Shown here one piece after another: positions 1 to 13,130 of a stretch of DNA of 64,000 bases. The position numbers and the translations under genes were made by a program. The notes beneath the pieces were generated by a model, which saw only the letters and a list, made by a program, of their open reading frames with translations, searched no databases and was not told the DNA's origin. Origin of the DNA: Callorhinchus milii (taxonomy: Eukaryota); NCBI RefSeq assembly GCF_018977255.1, contig NW_024704742.1:44766001-44830000 (forward strand), read 5' to 3'. The stretch's first letter is position 1, and every line of letters starts with the position of its first letter.

Positions 1-1179
1 AATTTCACACAATTCACAGAACATGATAGATACTGCATATTGGCAAATTGATCACTGCAGTTTAATGTGACAGATACAAAACCCAGAACGGTCTATCATT
101 TAGCATGGTGAACTACCTAGTTCATTAATAATAAAAGTAGCCTCAGTTGGTTAATTCACTCAAAACTGTTCTTTCTAAAAAAAATGCTGTAAAAGATTCA
201 TATTCAAAAAATTGTATAATATTTTTCCTACTCAATTCACCATATCCACTTTAATTTCTATAAATCTATAATATGAGTGTTTGTTTGATATACTGCAAAG
301 TGTCTAGTTATTTCCATAAAACATCATAAATGTAGCTGAATTTCACTTTGGGGAAGTCTGGTTTACTAAACTGTATATTTAGAGCATACTTTATGAGCCT
401 AACTCGCATACAATTCTTCATTTGAATTAAATATCGTGAGTTTTTTTTCTGTGTATCAAGAATGCCATTTCTGGTAAAATAAAAATATGCAACAGCAAAT
501 GTTGATCTGTGGGCTACTCTGGAACAACAATAACAAACAACAACTTGGATTTATAATAGCGTTTCTTACTCAGCCTGACTTGGAGCACTTTACTCAAAGT
601 CACACTCAAAAATCACATGGGAGCTAAACAATTCTACCTAACTTTAGCTGTATGTGGGATTTACAAAACAAATAACTTTACCTATGTATCAACATTATTG
701 TGACAGATATCGCTGGGGATGGGGGGTAGCGTGGGGGAATGCAGGGACTCCTTGGAGATGAGCGGACTCCATAGTGCTGTGCTCGCAAGGGGCAGAATGT
801 CAAAATCAAAGCAATCTTCAAGTTAATTTGGAGGGGCAGAGCACAGGGATCCCAGCAATGCGCTCATGAACAAGGATTCTTCCCACTCGGCTCTTACTCT
901 ACACAGTTGTATTTGGACATGTTTTGAAATTTTAGACAGTAGTTAAGCATAGTTATGTGTTATTATAGAGAACTAGCATTGTTGATCAGACATTGGCAAC
1001 AAATATTTCTAAAGCTGTTGCAAATGTTTGCACACATGGACATTACGATATACTAAAAATAGTAAGCTTTTCGCTACATCTTTACGATGCAAGATCAACA
1101 GCTGTTGTATTTACATAAACTATTACGTTTTTTTGATTGTTCGAAGAATTTGAAGTACTTGTGTATTTTATTTACTATG

Positions 1180-1345
1180 ATTGGAACAGGTTGCCAGGAA
1201 GGGTGGTTGAGGCCCAGGCACTGGACTCATTTAAAAAGCAATTTGATGATGTGATGGGGGGGGGGACATGTGACGGGGTGGGTATTGTGGAGGGATGAGA
1301 CCTGATGGGACAAAGGGCCTTCATCCAAACTAATCTTGTGATCTA
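1180..1345 (+). mobile_element. CR1 LINE 3' end fragment
   Basis: Translates WNRLPGRVVEAQALDSFKKQFDDVM, typical of the CR1 ORF2 C-terminus, followed by a 'gatgggacaaagggcc' 3'UTR-like segment. Confidence 0.7.
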
Positions 1346-1399
1346 CTCTTTTTCTCACCCTTAGGTTCTGGGACAGAAAATTAAACAATGGAAAGTGCT

Positions 1400-1850
1400 T
1401 CCCCATATCCATCCCTTATCCATGCTTTAATCTCACATCCCGGTTTGATTATTCTGATTCCCTGCTAGTACAGGCTAAAGACCATCTCCTGCACTAGGCT
1501 CTGTGAACCTATCGACCTTACTCAGCTCCACTCACTCCTTATCTCCCAGTGGATTGAATCCAAGATCATTGTGGTCACTTTCAAATCGTTCACTTCCCCC
1601 TACCTCTGCAACCCTGCTGCCACAGGTATTCCTAAAACACACAAACACCAGCCTGCTTCATGAAGCGACCTGTCTGATCTACCCCATCATTGGTGTGTGT
1701 GCTTTCAGTCATGCTGTCCTGCTCTCTGGAAGTTTCATTCAGGAGTTCCTCTCCCTCAAGTGTTCCTCACCCCCATTCCTCCTCCCTCCACCTCCCCCCC
1801 ATTCCTCCTCCCGCTCATTACTCTTCACCCTCTACAGTCCACTACTAATA
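1400..1850 (+). mobile_element. Highly decayed L2 LINE 3' fragment
   Basis: Remnants such as 'tggattgaatccaagatc' and 'cattggtgtgtgtgctttcagtcatgctg' align with the better-preserved L2 3' ends in this window. Confidence 0.55.
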
Positions 1851-1979
1851 AAACCTTATATTACCACAGACCTCCCTGGGTTTGACAGTTCTGTGTTCTC
1901 AGCCGGCTGAACTTTAGAACAGATAGAGTACTATTGATCTGGTTTACTGCGATACATTTCCCCTTTGCCCTCTCCAAAG

Positions 1980-2008
1980 GACAATATTTTTGACATTGTG
2001 CTCAACAG
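1980..2008 (+). other. Candidate 29-nt exon
   Basis: 'catttcccctttgccctctccaaag|GACAATATTTTTGACATTGTGCTCAACAG|gtaacg'; reads DNIFDIVLN; no homology recognised. Confidence 0.2.
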
Positions 2009-2613
2009 GTAACGTGCTAAATAGACTCACCTGCAGGATTCAAACCTGCGTCTAGGTCAGTGCTCAACTGACAAAGCTGATAGCAGTCTATCAGATCAAC
2101 TGTTCTAAAATTCACAAGTCTTAATGCAATTTTATCTAAAGCTTGAACTAATTATTGCATCAGAGGTATTAGGCAGTAGCTCAGAAAGGCGCCCTAAATG
2201 ACAGCAAAGTTTACATTGATGCAAATTGTAGTTAAACATCAATTTAAGGCCAATTTACCATCTGTTAAACTCGTTTAGGATACAGTTAAGAGATTGCTGG
2301 AGAATTAAACACTAGAGGCTCAGTTCTAATCCTATCACAGCTGCACAGCTATCTGTGACACATGGATATTTTGCAGTTAGTCGAATTCCAAACTATTAAA
2401 ATTAATCTTTTAATATTGAATTTTGCAAAATATGAATACCCGTAGTAGATTTTTTTTTTAAAAATGAATGCTGGAGATGATAAGTGAAAACAGAACATGT
2501 TAGAATGCCTGGTAGGTCAATCAATATTTCTCTCTAAAGTGTGAAAATCTTTATGATCTTAATCTTAAGGTCATTGGGTTGGAATTTCAGATGATCTAAA
2601 TTGGAAAATTTTT

Positions 2614-2770
2614 ATAGAATCTACAGTACGGATACAGGCCATTCGGTCCAACTAGTCCGTGCTGGTATTTATGCTTCATATGAACTCCATTCATTGTAAT
2701 CCACCCACCACCCCCACCTAGCCAAGCACACCACCACACCTCTCTATTCCCTTCAGTCTCAGGTAACCAT
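2614..2770 (-). mobile_element. CR1 LINE 3'UTR fragment
   Basis: 'atagaatctacagtacggatacaggccattcggtcca' resembles the reverse-complemented CR1 tail at 7393-7440. Confidence 0.55.
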
Positions 2771-3744
2771 GCCTATGGTCACCTCCCCCCTCTCCCTGGC
2801 TGAGTGTCAAGCTCCACCACGGTTGATCGCTCCAAAACACTTTCCTGTGTGAAGGGCATTATATAAATGCAAGTTGTTGTAATTTGGGAGTAATATTATT
2901 ATTTGAATAATAAAAAGGGAAGTTTTGACAAATTGGAATTCTTTAAAAGCATAAAGTGTCTATTTGATGTCTTAAGCTAAATGTGTCCTTTGTGTTTCAA
3001 GTTGATATTTTATTCTGCTCATCTATCAGATTTGTGTTCAATAAAATTCAGAAAATGGTATATGTTATCTTAAAAATGCAATGCATTGAAGTCATTATGT
3101 AATTTTCCTTGCTTTATCAAGACTATCACATGACAGCTGCAAACATACAATCAAATGGAGAGAAATGACAGATGGTTAAACTAAATTTAATAAGGTAAAA
3201 TACCTAATGACAGTTTGACAGCTTGCAGAAGAGGCATTTGTTTTTTTTGGACTAAAACTCCAAAACGTTGGCTGTGATCCATGGAACTGTGACAGCGTGT
3301 GTGAACATTAATCTAAGAAAAAGCTTCAAAACTCTATTTTTGACAAGAGCTAGTTATAGATTTTTAAAAAAATGTAGTTTAAAGAACACATTCACTGGCA
3401 TTCCGGTATATTTCTAATGGCAGTCAGGCATCCTGTAATATAATTTATCTCTTAAATAAATGACTGAACATTTAAGATCCGGGTATTTCAAATTTCAACT
3501 GAACGTGATTTTGTTTGGTCTTTTAAGGTCTTTCATTAGATTGCATTCCATTTCCTTTTGCTCATTCCCATTTTTTTTTAATCTCCCAGTTGTTTTAGAT
3601 CAATTGGGACCTCACTTCTTGCTCCACTTAAATTACAATTTCTGGATTCTATACTTCCCCATAGTCATTTTCAATGGCAGAGTGATGAGATAGCAACTTA
3701 TTGTGATTTGTTTGTGCGTGTGTATATGGGGGGGAGGGGAAGGA

Positions 3745-3885
3745 GAATTAGATTAAACTTTTTTTCGCTGTGATGGAATAGATATCATATGATAGACATT
3801 GCTGTGCACAAATTGGCTGCCGCATTCACCCACAAAACACAGTTTTACTTTATAGTATATCTTGTTAACTCTTTGGGACCATGTC
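3745..3885 (+). mobile_element. SINE 3'-half fragment (tail module shared by the Deu-SINE and tRNA-Ala SINE)
   Basis: 'gacattgctgtgcacaaattggctgccgcattcacccacaaaacacag' matches the SINE bodies at 34500-34560 and 61915-61970. Confidence 0.65.
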
Positions 3886-3886
3886 C

Positions 3887-4866
3887 TCCATATGTATGAG
3901 GATGACATCCAACTCGATCTTTCTGCCTCCACCCTCAACTCCATGACCACAGCTGTCCTGACAGACTGCCTGTTGGACATCAAGTCCTGGATGAGGGCAA
4001 ATTTTCTACAGTTGAATGCGAACAAGACTGAGGCCCATCTGATTGGCTCACGCCAGCGCCTCAGCACCTCAGGCTCTGGCAACATCAACCTCCATGGTTG
4101 CACATTACAACTCACCATAGCCAGTCAGGAACCCAGGTGTCTTGTTTGACCCTCAACTGTCTTTTCTTTCCCACATCCAAGCCATGACCTGCTCTGCCTT
4201 CCCTCCCTCTGTAACATCGCCCGACTCCGCCACTACCTCAACCCTCAGGCCGCTGAAACTCTTGTTCATGCCTTCATCACCTCCAGGCTCGACTATGCAA
4301 ACTCCCTGCTTGTCAGCCTTCCCAACTCCTCTCTCTACCGGCTGCAGATAATCCAGCACTCTGCAGCCCATGTCCTCTCCGCACCAAACTCCGTGACCCC
4401 ATCTCCCCCTTTCTCGCCCGACTCCACTGGCTCCCTATCCTTCAGAGGATCCAGTTCAAGATCCTGGTCTTCACCTACAAAGCCCTCCATGGCCTCACCC
4501 CACCCTACCTCTGCAACTTCCTAACCCCACCAACCCGCCCACTCCCTCCGCTCAGCCGGCTCCGGCCTGCTCCACGTACCCAGACCCACCCGACACACCA
4601 TTGGTGGGAGAGCCTTCAGCTACTCTGCCCCTAACCTCAGGAATTCCATCCCCCAATCACTCCACCTCGCCCCCTCCTTAGCCTCCTTCAAGTCCCGCCG
4701 CAAGACCCTCCTCTTCGACGATACCATCAGCCACCCCCCTTCCTCTCCCCTCCCTTCTCCCTCCCTGACCCCAGCTCAGGTCTGAAATGCTGTACACTAT
4801 CCAGCGCCTTGGGATGTCCTCCCGACATGAAGGGTGCTATACAAATGGAATCTTGTTGTTGTTGTT
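3887..4866 (+). mobile_element. 5'-truncated L2 LINE (RT C-terminal part, 3'UTR and (GTT)n tail)
   Basis: MYEDDIQL (degenerate YADD), DIKSWMRANFLQLNANKTE; ends 'gcgccttgggatgtcctcccgacatgaagggtgctatacaaatggaatcttgttgttgttg'. Confidence 0.92.
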
Positions 4867-5220
4867 CCTGTTGTCAGTTGTTTCCAAAACAAGAAGCAGA
4901 GGAAACTTTGAGAAATTATGCAACCAGATCTTGACATTTTGAAATATGTCCCAAGAATTGACAAACACCAGTTGAATATATATTTACTAAATAATTAGCT
5001 TGAACACAAGAAAACAAATAAAGAATGTTGTGTTAAATAGAACAGTTGTATAGTATTTTAATTAAAAAAGAGGTATACGGGTTATTGAATAAATCAAAGG
5101 CGAGTGCCTGGATGAAATAAAAATTCAATTACTGTGTTACTGGGTTACACTATAACCGATAGATTAGGAATCAATAAGTTATATTGTTGATGTATAAGAC
5201 ATTAGTCTGATGTTATCTGA

Positions 5221-5718
5221 ACAACAATAAAAACAACAAGATTCCATTTATAGAGCGCCTTTCACGTCGGGAGGACGTCCCAAGGTGCTGTACAGTTGGG
5301 TCAGGACCCGAGCAGGGGGGAAATGGTCAGGGTGAGGGGAGGGAAGGGAAGGAGCGAGGAGGGGGTAGAGAGTCGAGAGGGGAGCTGAAGTCACGGTCAA
5401 AGAGAAAGGCCTTGAGACCGGCCTTGAAGGAGGAAAGGGAGGAGGCGGCGAAGGCACTGGGGGATAGAGTTCCAAAGCCCAGGGACTGAGAGGCTGAAGG
5501 CCCGACCACCGATGGTAGGGCGGTTGGTGCGGGGGATGTGGAGCAGACCAGAGCCAGAGGAATGGAGGGTACGGGCAGGTAGGTAGGGGGATAGTAGGTC
5601 AGAGAGGTAGGAGTGAGCGAGGCCGTGAATGGCCTTGTAGGTGAGAATGAGGATCTTGAAATCGATCCTCTGGGGGATGGGGAGCCAGTGGAGGCGAGCG
5701 AGGGTGGGAGTGATGTGG
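5221..5718 (-). mobile_element. 5'-truncated young L2 LINE
   Basis: Reverse-complemented L2 tail 'acaacaagattccatttatagagcgcctttcacgtcgggaggacgtcccaagg'; very similar to 56661-57256. Confidence 0.92.
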
Positions 5719-5769
5719 AAGCATTATGTTTTCTTCTGATTAAGCAATCAAAAGGATATTAATATCCTT

Positions 5770-6120
5770 TATATTATACAGAGCTATTTGATAAAATCAT
5801 TCTCAGATTCAGGAGAAAAGGTTAAGAATGTTGGATGATTTTTCATTCGTAAAGGTTGAGAAGTTCAAGTTATGAACTTCCATAAGTTTCGAAGATTATG
5901 GAAGGAATGAACAAAGCAGATTTAGTTAATTCCTCAAGATGGAAAAGTATTCAAATATTGGAATACATAGGTCACAAATTTTGAAGATAAGCATTAAAAT
6001 GAAAGTTATTTAAAAAAAAACACAGGGTAATAGATTTCAGGGGACAAGTCACTGAAGCGGAAGTTAACAGGGTTCCAATGTCAACTTGATGCATTTTTGG
6101 TACAAACAAGAATTGAGGAA
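5770..6120 (+). mobile_element. Highly decayed CR1 LINE 3' fragment
   Basis: Remnant CR1 C-terminal motifs ('aaggttgagaag', 'aagattatggaagga', 'aggtcacaaattttgaagata') in the same order as in the 7393-7750 copy. Confidence 0.45.
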
Positions 6121-7392
6121 TCAGGCAAGATTCATCTAAAATAAATAGACACTGAAAATCTTGTTTTGCTGTGTTTATTACACTTTTTGGCTTGGTTAAG
6201 GCTGACACAAATGAGCCATTGAGTCTGCAATTGGGAACAAATCTGTGTCTCGAAATCGTTGCAAAGTTCAATTTCTACCTCACAAAATGTATAGGTAAAT
6301 GTCTAGAGATCATAGATGAAGCATTTGATAAATGATTCTTATTCTTATTAGATTTAAAAAGAGATCTTTGGCAACTGAGAATACAACATCCCTCATTACA
6401 GTCGACAAGTATTTATTCAGAGGTAGGAAAGTGGTAGAGTCTTCGCATTGCATTTATCGCATGTTTTCATACCCATTTTACATTCGTAGGCAAAGTGCAC
6501 TCATTGTTTTATAGACTGATATTATTGACTGTTACGACCTATTTTATCAAAGTTTACTGCTGCTGGAAATGACACTCGCTTGTATAACAAATTAAAAATA
6601 TCAGTTGCAAACTAGAATCAATAACTACAATAAAAAGGCATGCAGTTTTCAACATTAATATATCTTTAACTATTGATTTCAAGGTATTTTAATTAATCAA
6701 CTCCAAAACCTATCTTAAAACCTGACTTCAAAAGGTCAGCGTAGTACTTCTTATTGTGATTTTAGTGAGAAATAGACACAAGGTCAATTGAATTATGTTG
6801 AATCACAGCAATGGAGGAGTCTGTAGAAAGAAATTTGTTTCAGGAATAGGATATTATTGTCATAGGGATTAGAGAAAAATGGGTATTGATCTTAACTGTA
6901 GCACAGATAGATTATAGCAGGAACAGAAAAGCAAACTGCGAGAACACACCTAAGGAAGATAGATAGACATGTAAAGAGCAGAGATTAAACATATACTGTA
7001 TAAAGGGTCTCAGTGATATCAGGTTACTGATATCAGATTACCGAATAGCCTTTCATTTATTTCATCCAGTTCGTGAGTGAGTTAGCGTGTAAGGTAAATA
7101 TATAAACCACCTGAAGATGCTTTCCCCCTACTTAGTGCTTCCATTTTAGGAATATCGTGATGTGGAGAGGAACACTTTGTTTGCTCTGCTCCCCTAATAT
7201 ACCTTAAGATCAAAAAGAAAGTCTCTGATTGCACCTGTGCGAATTGTTTCCATTTTTCACAAACTTTTTTTTGGACTGCTATGAAGTTGCTAACTCTGCA
7301 ATTTATGGAATGTTTTAAATAACAATGATCCCTGCATTTGATCTAGGGCACTTCATCTTGGGAGGAAGTCTCATATCGTTTCACAAAATTCA

Positions 7393-7750
7393 TAGAATCA
7401 TAGAATTATACAGCACAGAAGGAGGCCATTCGGACCATCGTGTCTGCCGGCTGTGCCAACTCGCTGTGTAAAATAATTTCTCCTCACCTCCCCTCTGTTT
7501 CTTTTAACAAATATCTTAAATTGGTGCCCTCGGGTTACCGACCCACCTGCCAGTAGAAATAGTTTCTCCTTGTTCACCCTGTCGAATTCCGTCATAATTT
7601 TGAAAACTTCCATTAGGTCTCCTCTTAACCTTCTCTGCTCGAAGGAGAATAACTGTAGCTTCTTTAGCCTCTCCTGATAACTGAAGTCCCTCATTCTTGG
7701 TAAATCTCCTTTGCACCCTTTCTAATGCCTTGACATCCTTCCTAAAGTGA
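7393..7750 (-). mobile_element. CR1 LINE 3' end with internal deletion
   Basis: ORF 7398-7694: FSYQERLKKLQLFSFEQRRLRGDLMEVFKIM...VTRGHQFK...FTQRV; tail 'aattctatgattctatga'. Confidence 0.9.
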
Positions 7751-7767
7751 ATTCCTAAAATTCACTG

Positions 7768-8150
7768 TAATAATAATAGTAATAATCCTTGCATTTGATA
7801 CAGTGCTTTTCACGTCTTCTAGAAGTCTCAAAGCGCTTCACAGAATATGTTGTAAAGTGAATTGACCATATATTTGTGGGTGAAACCCAGCAGCCAATTG
7901 CGCACAGCAGAGTCCCACAAACAGTCGTGGATTGAAATGACCAATTTATCATTATTATTGTTTTGAAGGATTTATTACTCCTGGAAAAGCGATCTGCCAA
8001 TCGACTAACAACCGAATTCCTACTTACTGCCAGGTAAACAGAGGCATATGGAGTCAAGAAACTTCCCTAAGGTATCGCCCTACCCGGGAATTGAACACAG
8101 TTATTTCGTTTGCGAGCTGCGTGCTCTAACCACTGAGCTACAGGACTCCA
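7768..8150 (-). mobile_element. tRNA-derived SINE, long form, full length
   Basis: Minus-strand head 'tggagtcctgtagctcagtggttagagcac' (A box) with B-box-like 'gttcaattccc'; tail 'atcaaatgcaaggattatt'. Confidence 0.9.
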
Positions 8151-8373
8151 GAATGTGTAAGTGCTGCAGTCCTTTTGTGTAGTAGCTAGAAAGTCTGTTC
8201 ATAATGTGCATGTATACAAAGATAAATTTGCATCATCCATTGTAGTCTAAAACTCATCGCTGGCCACATGAAAGTCCTTATAGAGATGCAAGATGTTGTT
8301 GTTGTGGATTTCAAATAAGATTTCTTAATAATGATGCCGAACTACTACAATTGAGGATTCCTGCTGGGAACCC

Positions 8374-8417
8374 GGGTGGGGGGGAGTGGGGGGTGGTGGG
8401 CGGGGGGCGGGGGGTGG
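8374..8417 (+). repeat. G-rich tract, potential G-quadruplex
   Basis: More than four runs of at least 3 G with short loops. Confidence 0.5.
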
Positions 8418-9682
8418 TGAAGAAAAACGAAATATGAACATAACATTTTGAGGCATGGACATTTCAAACAGTAATATTCTAAACTCAACATGTCAAGGAT
8501 CACCTTCTGAAACAAACACTTTAAAAGATCATGAATAAGATGATCTAGACAAGATAGAATTCTTACTGGTTCACAGTGGGTAAGGGAAGTTAGTTAAAAA
8601 CCTATAATTCTAGGAACCTCAGTGCTCACGGCACGTGAAAACTGATACATAAATGAAAGTTGTTGTTGTCTTCTGAGGAGGAAATGTACTGTTTGTTTTG
8701 GTCTCGTTTCAGCAGCTACATGAGAAGTCATCTGCAGAGCAATTTTGAGAGAATTGATTGGAAGTGTTCTGGAATGGAGTTTATATAAGAGGATAATTTA
8801 CAAGGTAATTACTGTCTTTACTGGCTGGCTGTAGAGGTTGCTGAATAAGAAGAATAGAATATTAGTCACTTAAACATTAATTTTCATGACATTAATCTGA
8901 ATTAATCTAAAATGAGATTTGGGTAGATACTTTCAGTGAGAGATATCACCAGCAAAGGTATGATGGACCAAATGGTTTCCTTCTGTGATGCAAACCATTC
9001 TGCTCACACATCTAACAAACATTCCCAATATGAGAGGGAAAGACACAAAGACAAAAGGAGAGAAAGTTCAGTCTACATTACTAAAACTAAGAAAAATCAA
9101 TTTTTAAATATTGAAAATAATGGGGTGGGCATTGCAATTACTCAGGTTAGAAAAGGTTTGTATTAAACTGGGTAGCATCTATGTTGTAGATACCTCAGAT
9201 GTAAACAAAACTTTAAACAGTCAAGGAGAACCATACCAGCAGTCTTCTACCTCTTGGTGTGGCAGATGGCAACGTGGCACACCTCCCAACTTAGCTCTGT
9301 AGTTTCACACTAGAGCTATCCAACATTTGATGGCTCCATCCTAAAATATAGCAGGACTCTTCAGTTGTCTGGAGATCACCGTAATTGTTTTTGCATTGCA
9401 TTAACTAATAATAGTGCGGCATTTTTCTCAGGAATTGAATCCCTGATTATTTCACCTACACGATCATTATCATAAATTTAAAATCGTCAGCAGCAGCCAA
9501 AATCAATTGAATGATAACAATGCTCAATTCTGCCAGCGTGTAAATGATACAAGATCAAATATACAATTATGAATGAATCATGCTTTGAGATATTTTAACA
9601 CCACTTCACAAATTCATGCAAATTATTTACTTTAATGATTATCATTATCATTAGTTTTAAGGATTTAAGGATTTAGGATTTT

Positions 9683-10245
9683 AGGCTTGACTATGCAAAC
9701 TCACTGCTTGTCAGCCTCCCCAACTGCTCCCTCCACAGGCTGCAGATCATCCAGAACTCTGCAGCCCATGTCCTCTCCCGCACTAGGCTCCACGACCCTA
9801 TCGCCCCATCCTTGCCCAACTCCACTGGCTTCCCATCACACAGAGGATACAGTTCAAGATCCTGGTCCTCACCTTCAAAGGCCTCCATGATCTTGCTCCG
9901 CTCTACCTCTGCGACCTCCTAACCATCCTGTTAGCTCCCTCCGCTCAGTGGGCTCTGGTCTGCTTCACATCCCCCACCTTGCTCGCCCCATTATCGGCGG
10001 GCAGGCCTTCCGCCACTCTGCCCCCACCCTCTGGAACTCTATCCCGCAGTCCCTCCGTCTCGCCCCCTCCCTCGCCACCTTCAAGACCCACCTCATGTCC
10101 CTTCTGCTTTTGGGGTGCTTTCAATCTCCCTGCTTCCCCCCCTGCCCTCCCCCCTCCCCCACCCCGACCCTCAGGTCGGGTCCATAACGCTGTCTGTCCA
10201 GCGCCTCCAGCACTGTATAAATGTAATTTCGTTGTTGTTGTTGTA
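9683..10245 (+). mobile_element. 5'-truncated L2 LINE
   Basis: LDYANSLL...LQIIQNSAA...LHWLP-type sequence; ORF 9948-10187 GGQAFRHSAPTLWNSIP; (GTT)n tail. Confidence 0.92.
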
Positions 10246-11132
10246 GATAAATAAAATACAACACATTTCATGTGTGAAATTGTTGTTAAAACACCTGGTA
10301 GTATTACTTGAATGTTAGCTGGAATCGATAAAAAAATTAAGACTGGAGGAAAAGCGTGTTGATTCTTCAAATACTAAATTCAAGATGAAATTCCATGTTG
10401 GATTATCATTTGGCTAGAATGATTATAGAAAGAAGAGGATTATCCATAGTTAGACCTCTAATTGGAAGCTACTAACTGATGAATTCTCTCATGAATAAAC
10501 GGTTGAGAACACTTATTTAGAATTTATTATTCTAAGCAAATGTCTAAAAGTGCTAACAATGGAGCGTTACGTGCCATTTTGTTCAGTGATTTGCAGCAAG
10601 TAAAATATGTGTGGTGGTTAACCAATTATCCAGGAACATTTTCCAGGCAACTATAATGTTAATGAGGCAGTAGATCCACAATGCATACATCCAAAGGAGT
10701 GATACACATACACTAATTGGTCTACAATTCAAACTAGTCTTATCCTCTCTTGAAATTTGACAATGCAGAAAGTGGAAATTGAAATATTTAGTTTCCATTT
10801 GAAAACTGGTTCTTTTTGAAAAACTGTGGAAAGCTGGCTTTGAAATTCAGACTGAATTTAAGAACTTTCTACAATTTTGTAGAATATTAATAATCTTTGT
10901 ATTTGGCATAACCCAATTGATGGTGGAAGGTCAAAGCACTTCATAAGATTTACCATGTCTGTAAATGTGTATGCAAATACAGCAGTTTAATTACAAACAG
11001 CCATGAAACAATGTTACATTATTAAGACAACATGGTTTTACAGGGTAAGAGTAGGTACAACTTCAGCTCCAATATGTCCTTATTTGGGTGAAGGTTTAAA
11101 AAAGTAATGATTCTGAATGTTAAAGGAGCTTG

Positions 11133-11494
11133 TGGAATCCTATAGCTCAGTGGTTAGAGCGCTTGCCTTGCAAGTGAGAGGACCTGGGTTTGACTCCCGG
11201 CACGGCGATCCATTGGGCAAGTTTCCTTACTCCACAAGCCTCTGTTTACCTAGCAGTAAGTAGGAAACCGGTTGTTAATCGATTGGCATATTACTTTTCT
11301 GGGGTAATAATCCCTCAAAAATAATAATAATAATTTGGTTGCTCAATCCATGACTGTTTGTGGGACACCATTGTGTGCAATTGGCTGTCACGTTTCGCCC
11401 ACATAATATACAGTCAATTCACTTTAGAATATATTCTGTGAAGCGCTCTAAGATGTGATATGGTGCTATATAAAATGGAAGGATTATTATTATT
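11133..11494 (+). mobile_element. tRNA-Ala(TGC)-like SINE, long form, full length
   Basis: 'tggaatcctatagctcagtggttagagcgcttgccttgcaagtgagaggacctgggtttgactcccggc' head, conserved body, (ATT)n tail. Confidence 0.92.
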
Positions 11495-11859
11495 AATTCT
11501 TATCTAACTGAGTGAATAAAACAAAGAGTGAGTGGAGCACAACGTTTTTTTTAAATTAAGAACATATACCTAGAGTGGATTTGGAGGCAGAATTATAAAA
11601 AGATATCTGCTTTACTGGATTGAAATGAACATTTAAGGAAATGTGATTGTATGGCAATAGAAAAATTTGGGAGCCCATTTCATATGGTTACCAGCAATGG
11701 CCATTCCTCAAGTTCAGAAGTTCAGAATTCGAGTTTTTTCTTTTTAAATAAATTCAGTATGTCCAGGCCATTTTTCTTAATTTTTTTCCCCCACTGACAC
11801 ATATCTCTCTACTTCTAGTCTTGCCTCATCTTGTTAGCACTAGTTTCCCTCACTGTCCA

Positions 11860-12468
11860 CCATCCAAGTGACCATTGTTCATGTGTGAGCTTTGACTCAC
11901 AGTGAGCATTGGCAAACCACTCAACTATGACTCAAGCCTGACCTCGCACTACACAGCTGCCACACACAGAGTAGAGGTTATTTTAGAGGGACCAAGAGCA
12001 GACATCCTAACTAGTTTTATCCTCCCTAACCTAAAATGGGAAGGTCACAGCCAATTTATCCTTCCATGAAACTCTGGTTGAGCCCAGTTGAATCCAGACT
12101 GGAATTCAAAACGGTGAGCTCCAGGTCTGTAAACTGCAACTTAATCTAGCACACCATTGGGGCTGCCAGAAGCTGAGTGTCAGCAGTGCAGGCTATTTGA
12201 CCTGTGGGAGGTTGCACTGTCAAATCTGATCCAATTTTTATTTGATAATGAATTCGCATGTGCGTAGGTCACGATACAGCAATCAAAAACAAGAACCCTA
12301 GATGATATCCCCCTCCTCCTTCCGTAGCCCTGAGGTACGAAGGCTAGATATTGCCCTGGCTGAGATCAACTAGAGCAGTACACTCTTGAAATCAAATGTC
12401 TCAGTTCAATTGCATGGTTCAGTGCTGCACCACGCAGTGCCTTTACTGACTGAGCTACCTAGGGAGCC
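11860..12468 (-). mobile_element. Two decayed copies of an older, different SINE-like family
   Basis: 'accattgttcatgtgtgagc' and 'ggctgagatcaactagagcag' are reverse complements of motifs in 34655-34985; tRNA-like end 'actgactgagctacctagggagcc'. Confidence 0.55.
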
Positions 12469-13029
12469 TTATTTTGAAAACATTTTCAAAATAAAGTGGC
12501 TGATTGCATTGATCCAAACATATTGTTCACACCACTAAACTATTCAAAAGTACAGATGTAAAAGTTTAAAAATAGGAGAGTTAGAATAAATGGGGAATTC
12601 AGGAGAAACTATTTCACACCAAGACAAATAGACATATGTATAAAGTACATATAAAATAAAATGGAATGTCAGAATCAAGTCCACCCAAGGTGGCGATCTC
12701 AATAGTGTCTGCACAAGGCGGGTCCACGGTACTCCAGGGCACGGCAGACCAGTCATCCTGGATGATCATCAGGATTTGGAGATGCAGACTGGTCATTGGG
12801 AATAGGGATTCTTCTCACTCAGCTCCTGGTGCCCCTGCAAGCCAAAGTCCTAATGCATTGCTTGGTCCCAAATGGGCGGGCAGTAAGGAAGCTTGGCAAT
12901 TCAATTATAAGATTTCTTGTTACATGATCTTGTTACAATTCAATTACATGATGGTCTTGCTACTAGTTATCACCTCCAGCAGGTTTTATTGGGCGGGGTT
13001 TTTTATTGATTGTGAATCACTGTATGTTT

Positions 13030-13130
13030 TTCTAAGGGAGGACAAATTTGCAGCGCTATGGGGAGAAAGCGGGAGAGTGGGACTAATTTGGACAGCTCTT
13101 TTAAAGAGTTGGCAAGGACACAATGGGTCC
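13030..13130 (+). mobile_element. CR1 3'UTR fragment
   Basis: 'gctatggggagaaagcgggagagtgggactaatttggacagctcttttaaagagttggcaaggacacaatggg' resembles CR1 3'UTRs. Confidence 0.55.

Noticed and set aside
530..600. Recurrent short 'acaacaacttgcatttata' or 'ataaatgcaagttgttg' motifs (also about 2860, 8290, 8655, 14575, 17330, 25470, 29120, 62390) as a novel dispersed signal
   Set aside because: They match the extreme 3' tail of L2-type elements and are heavily truncated insertions
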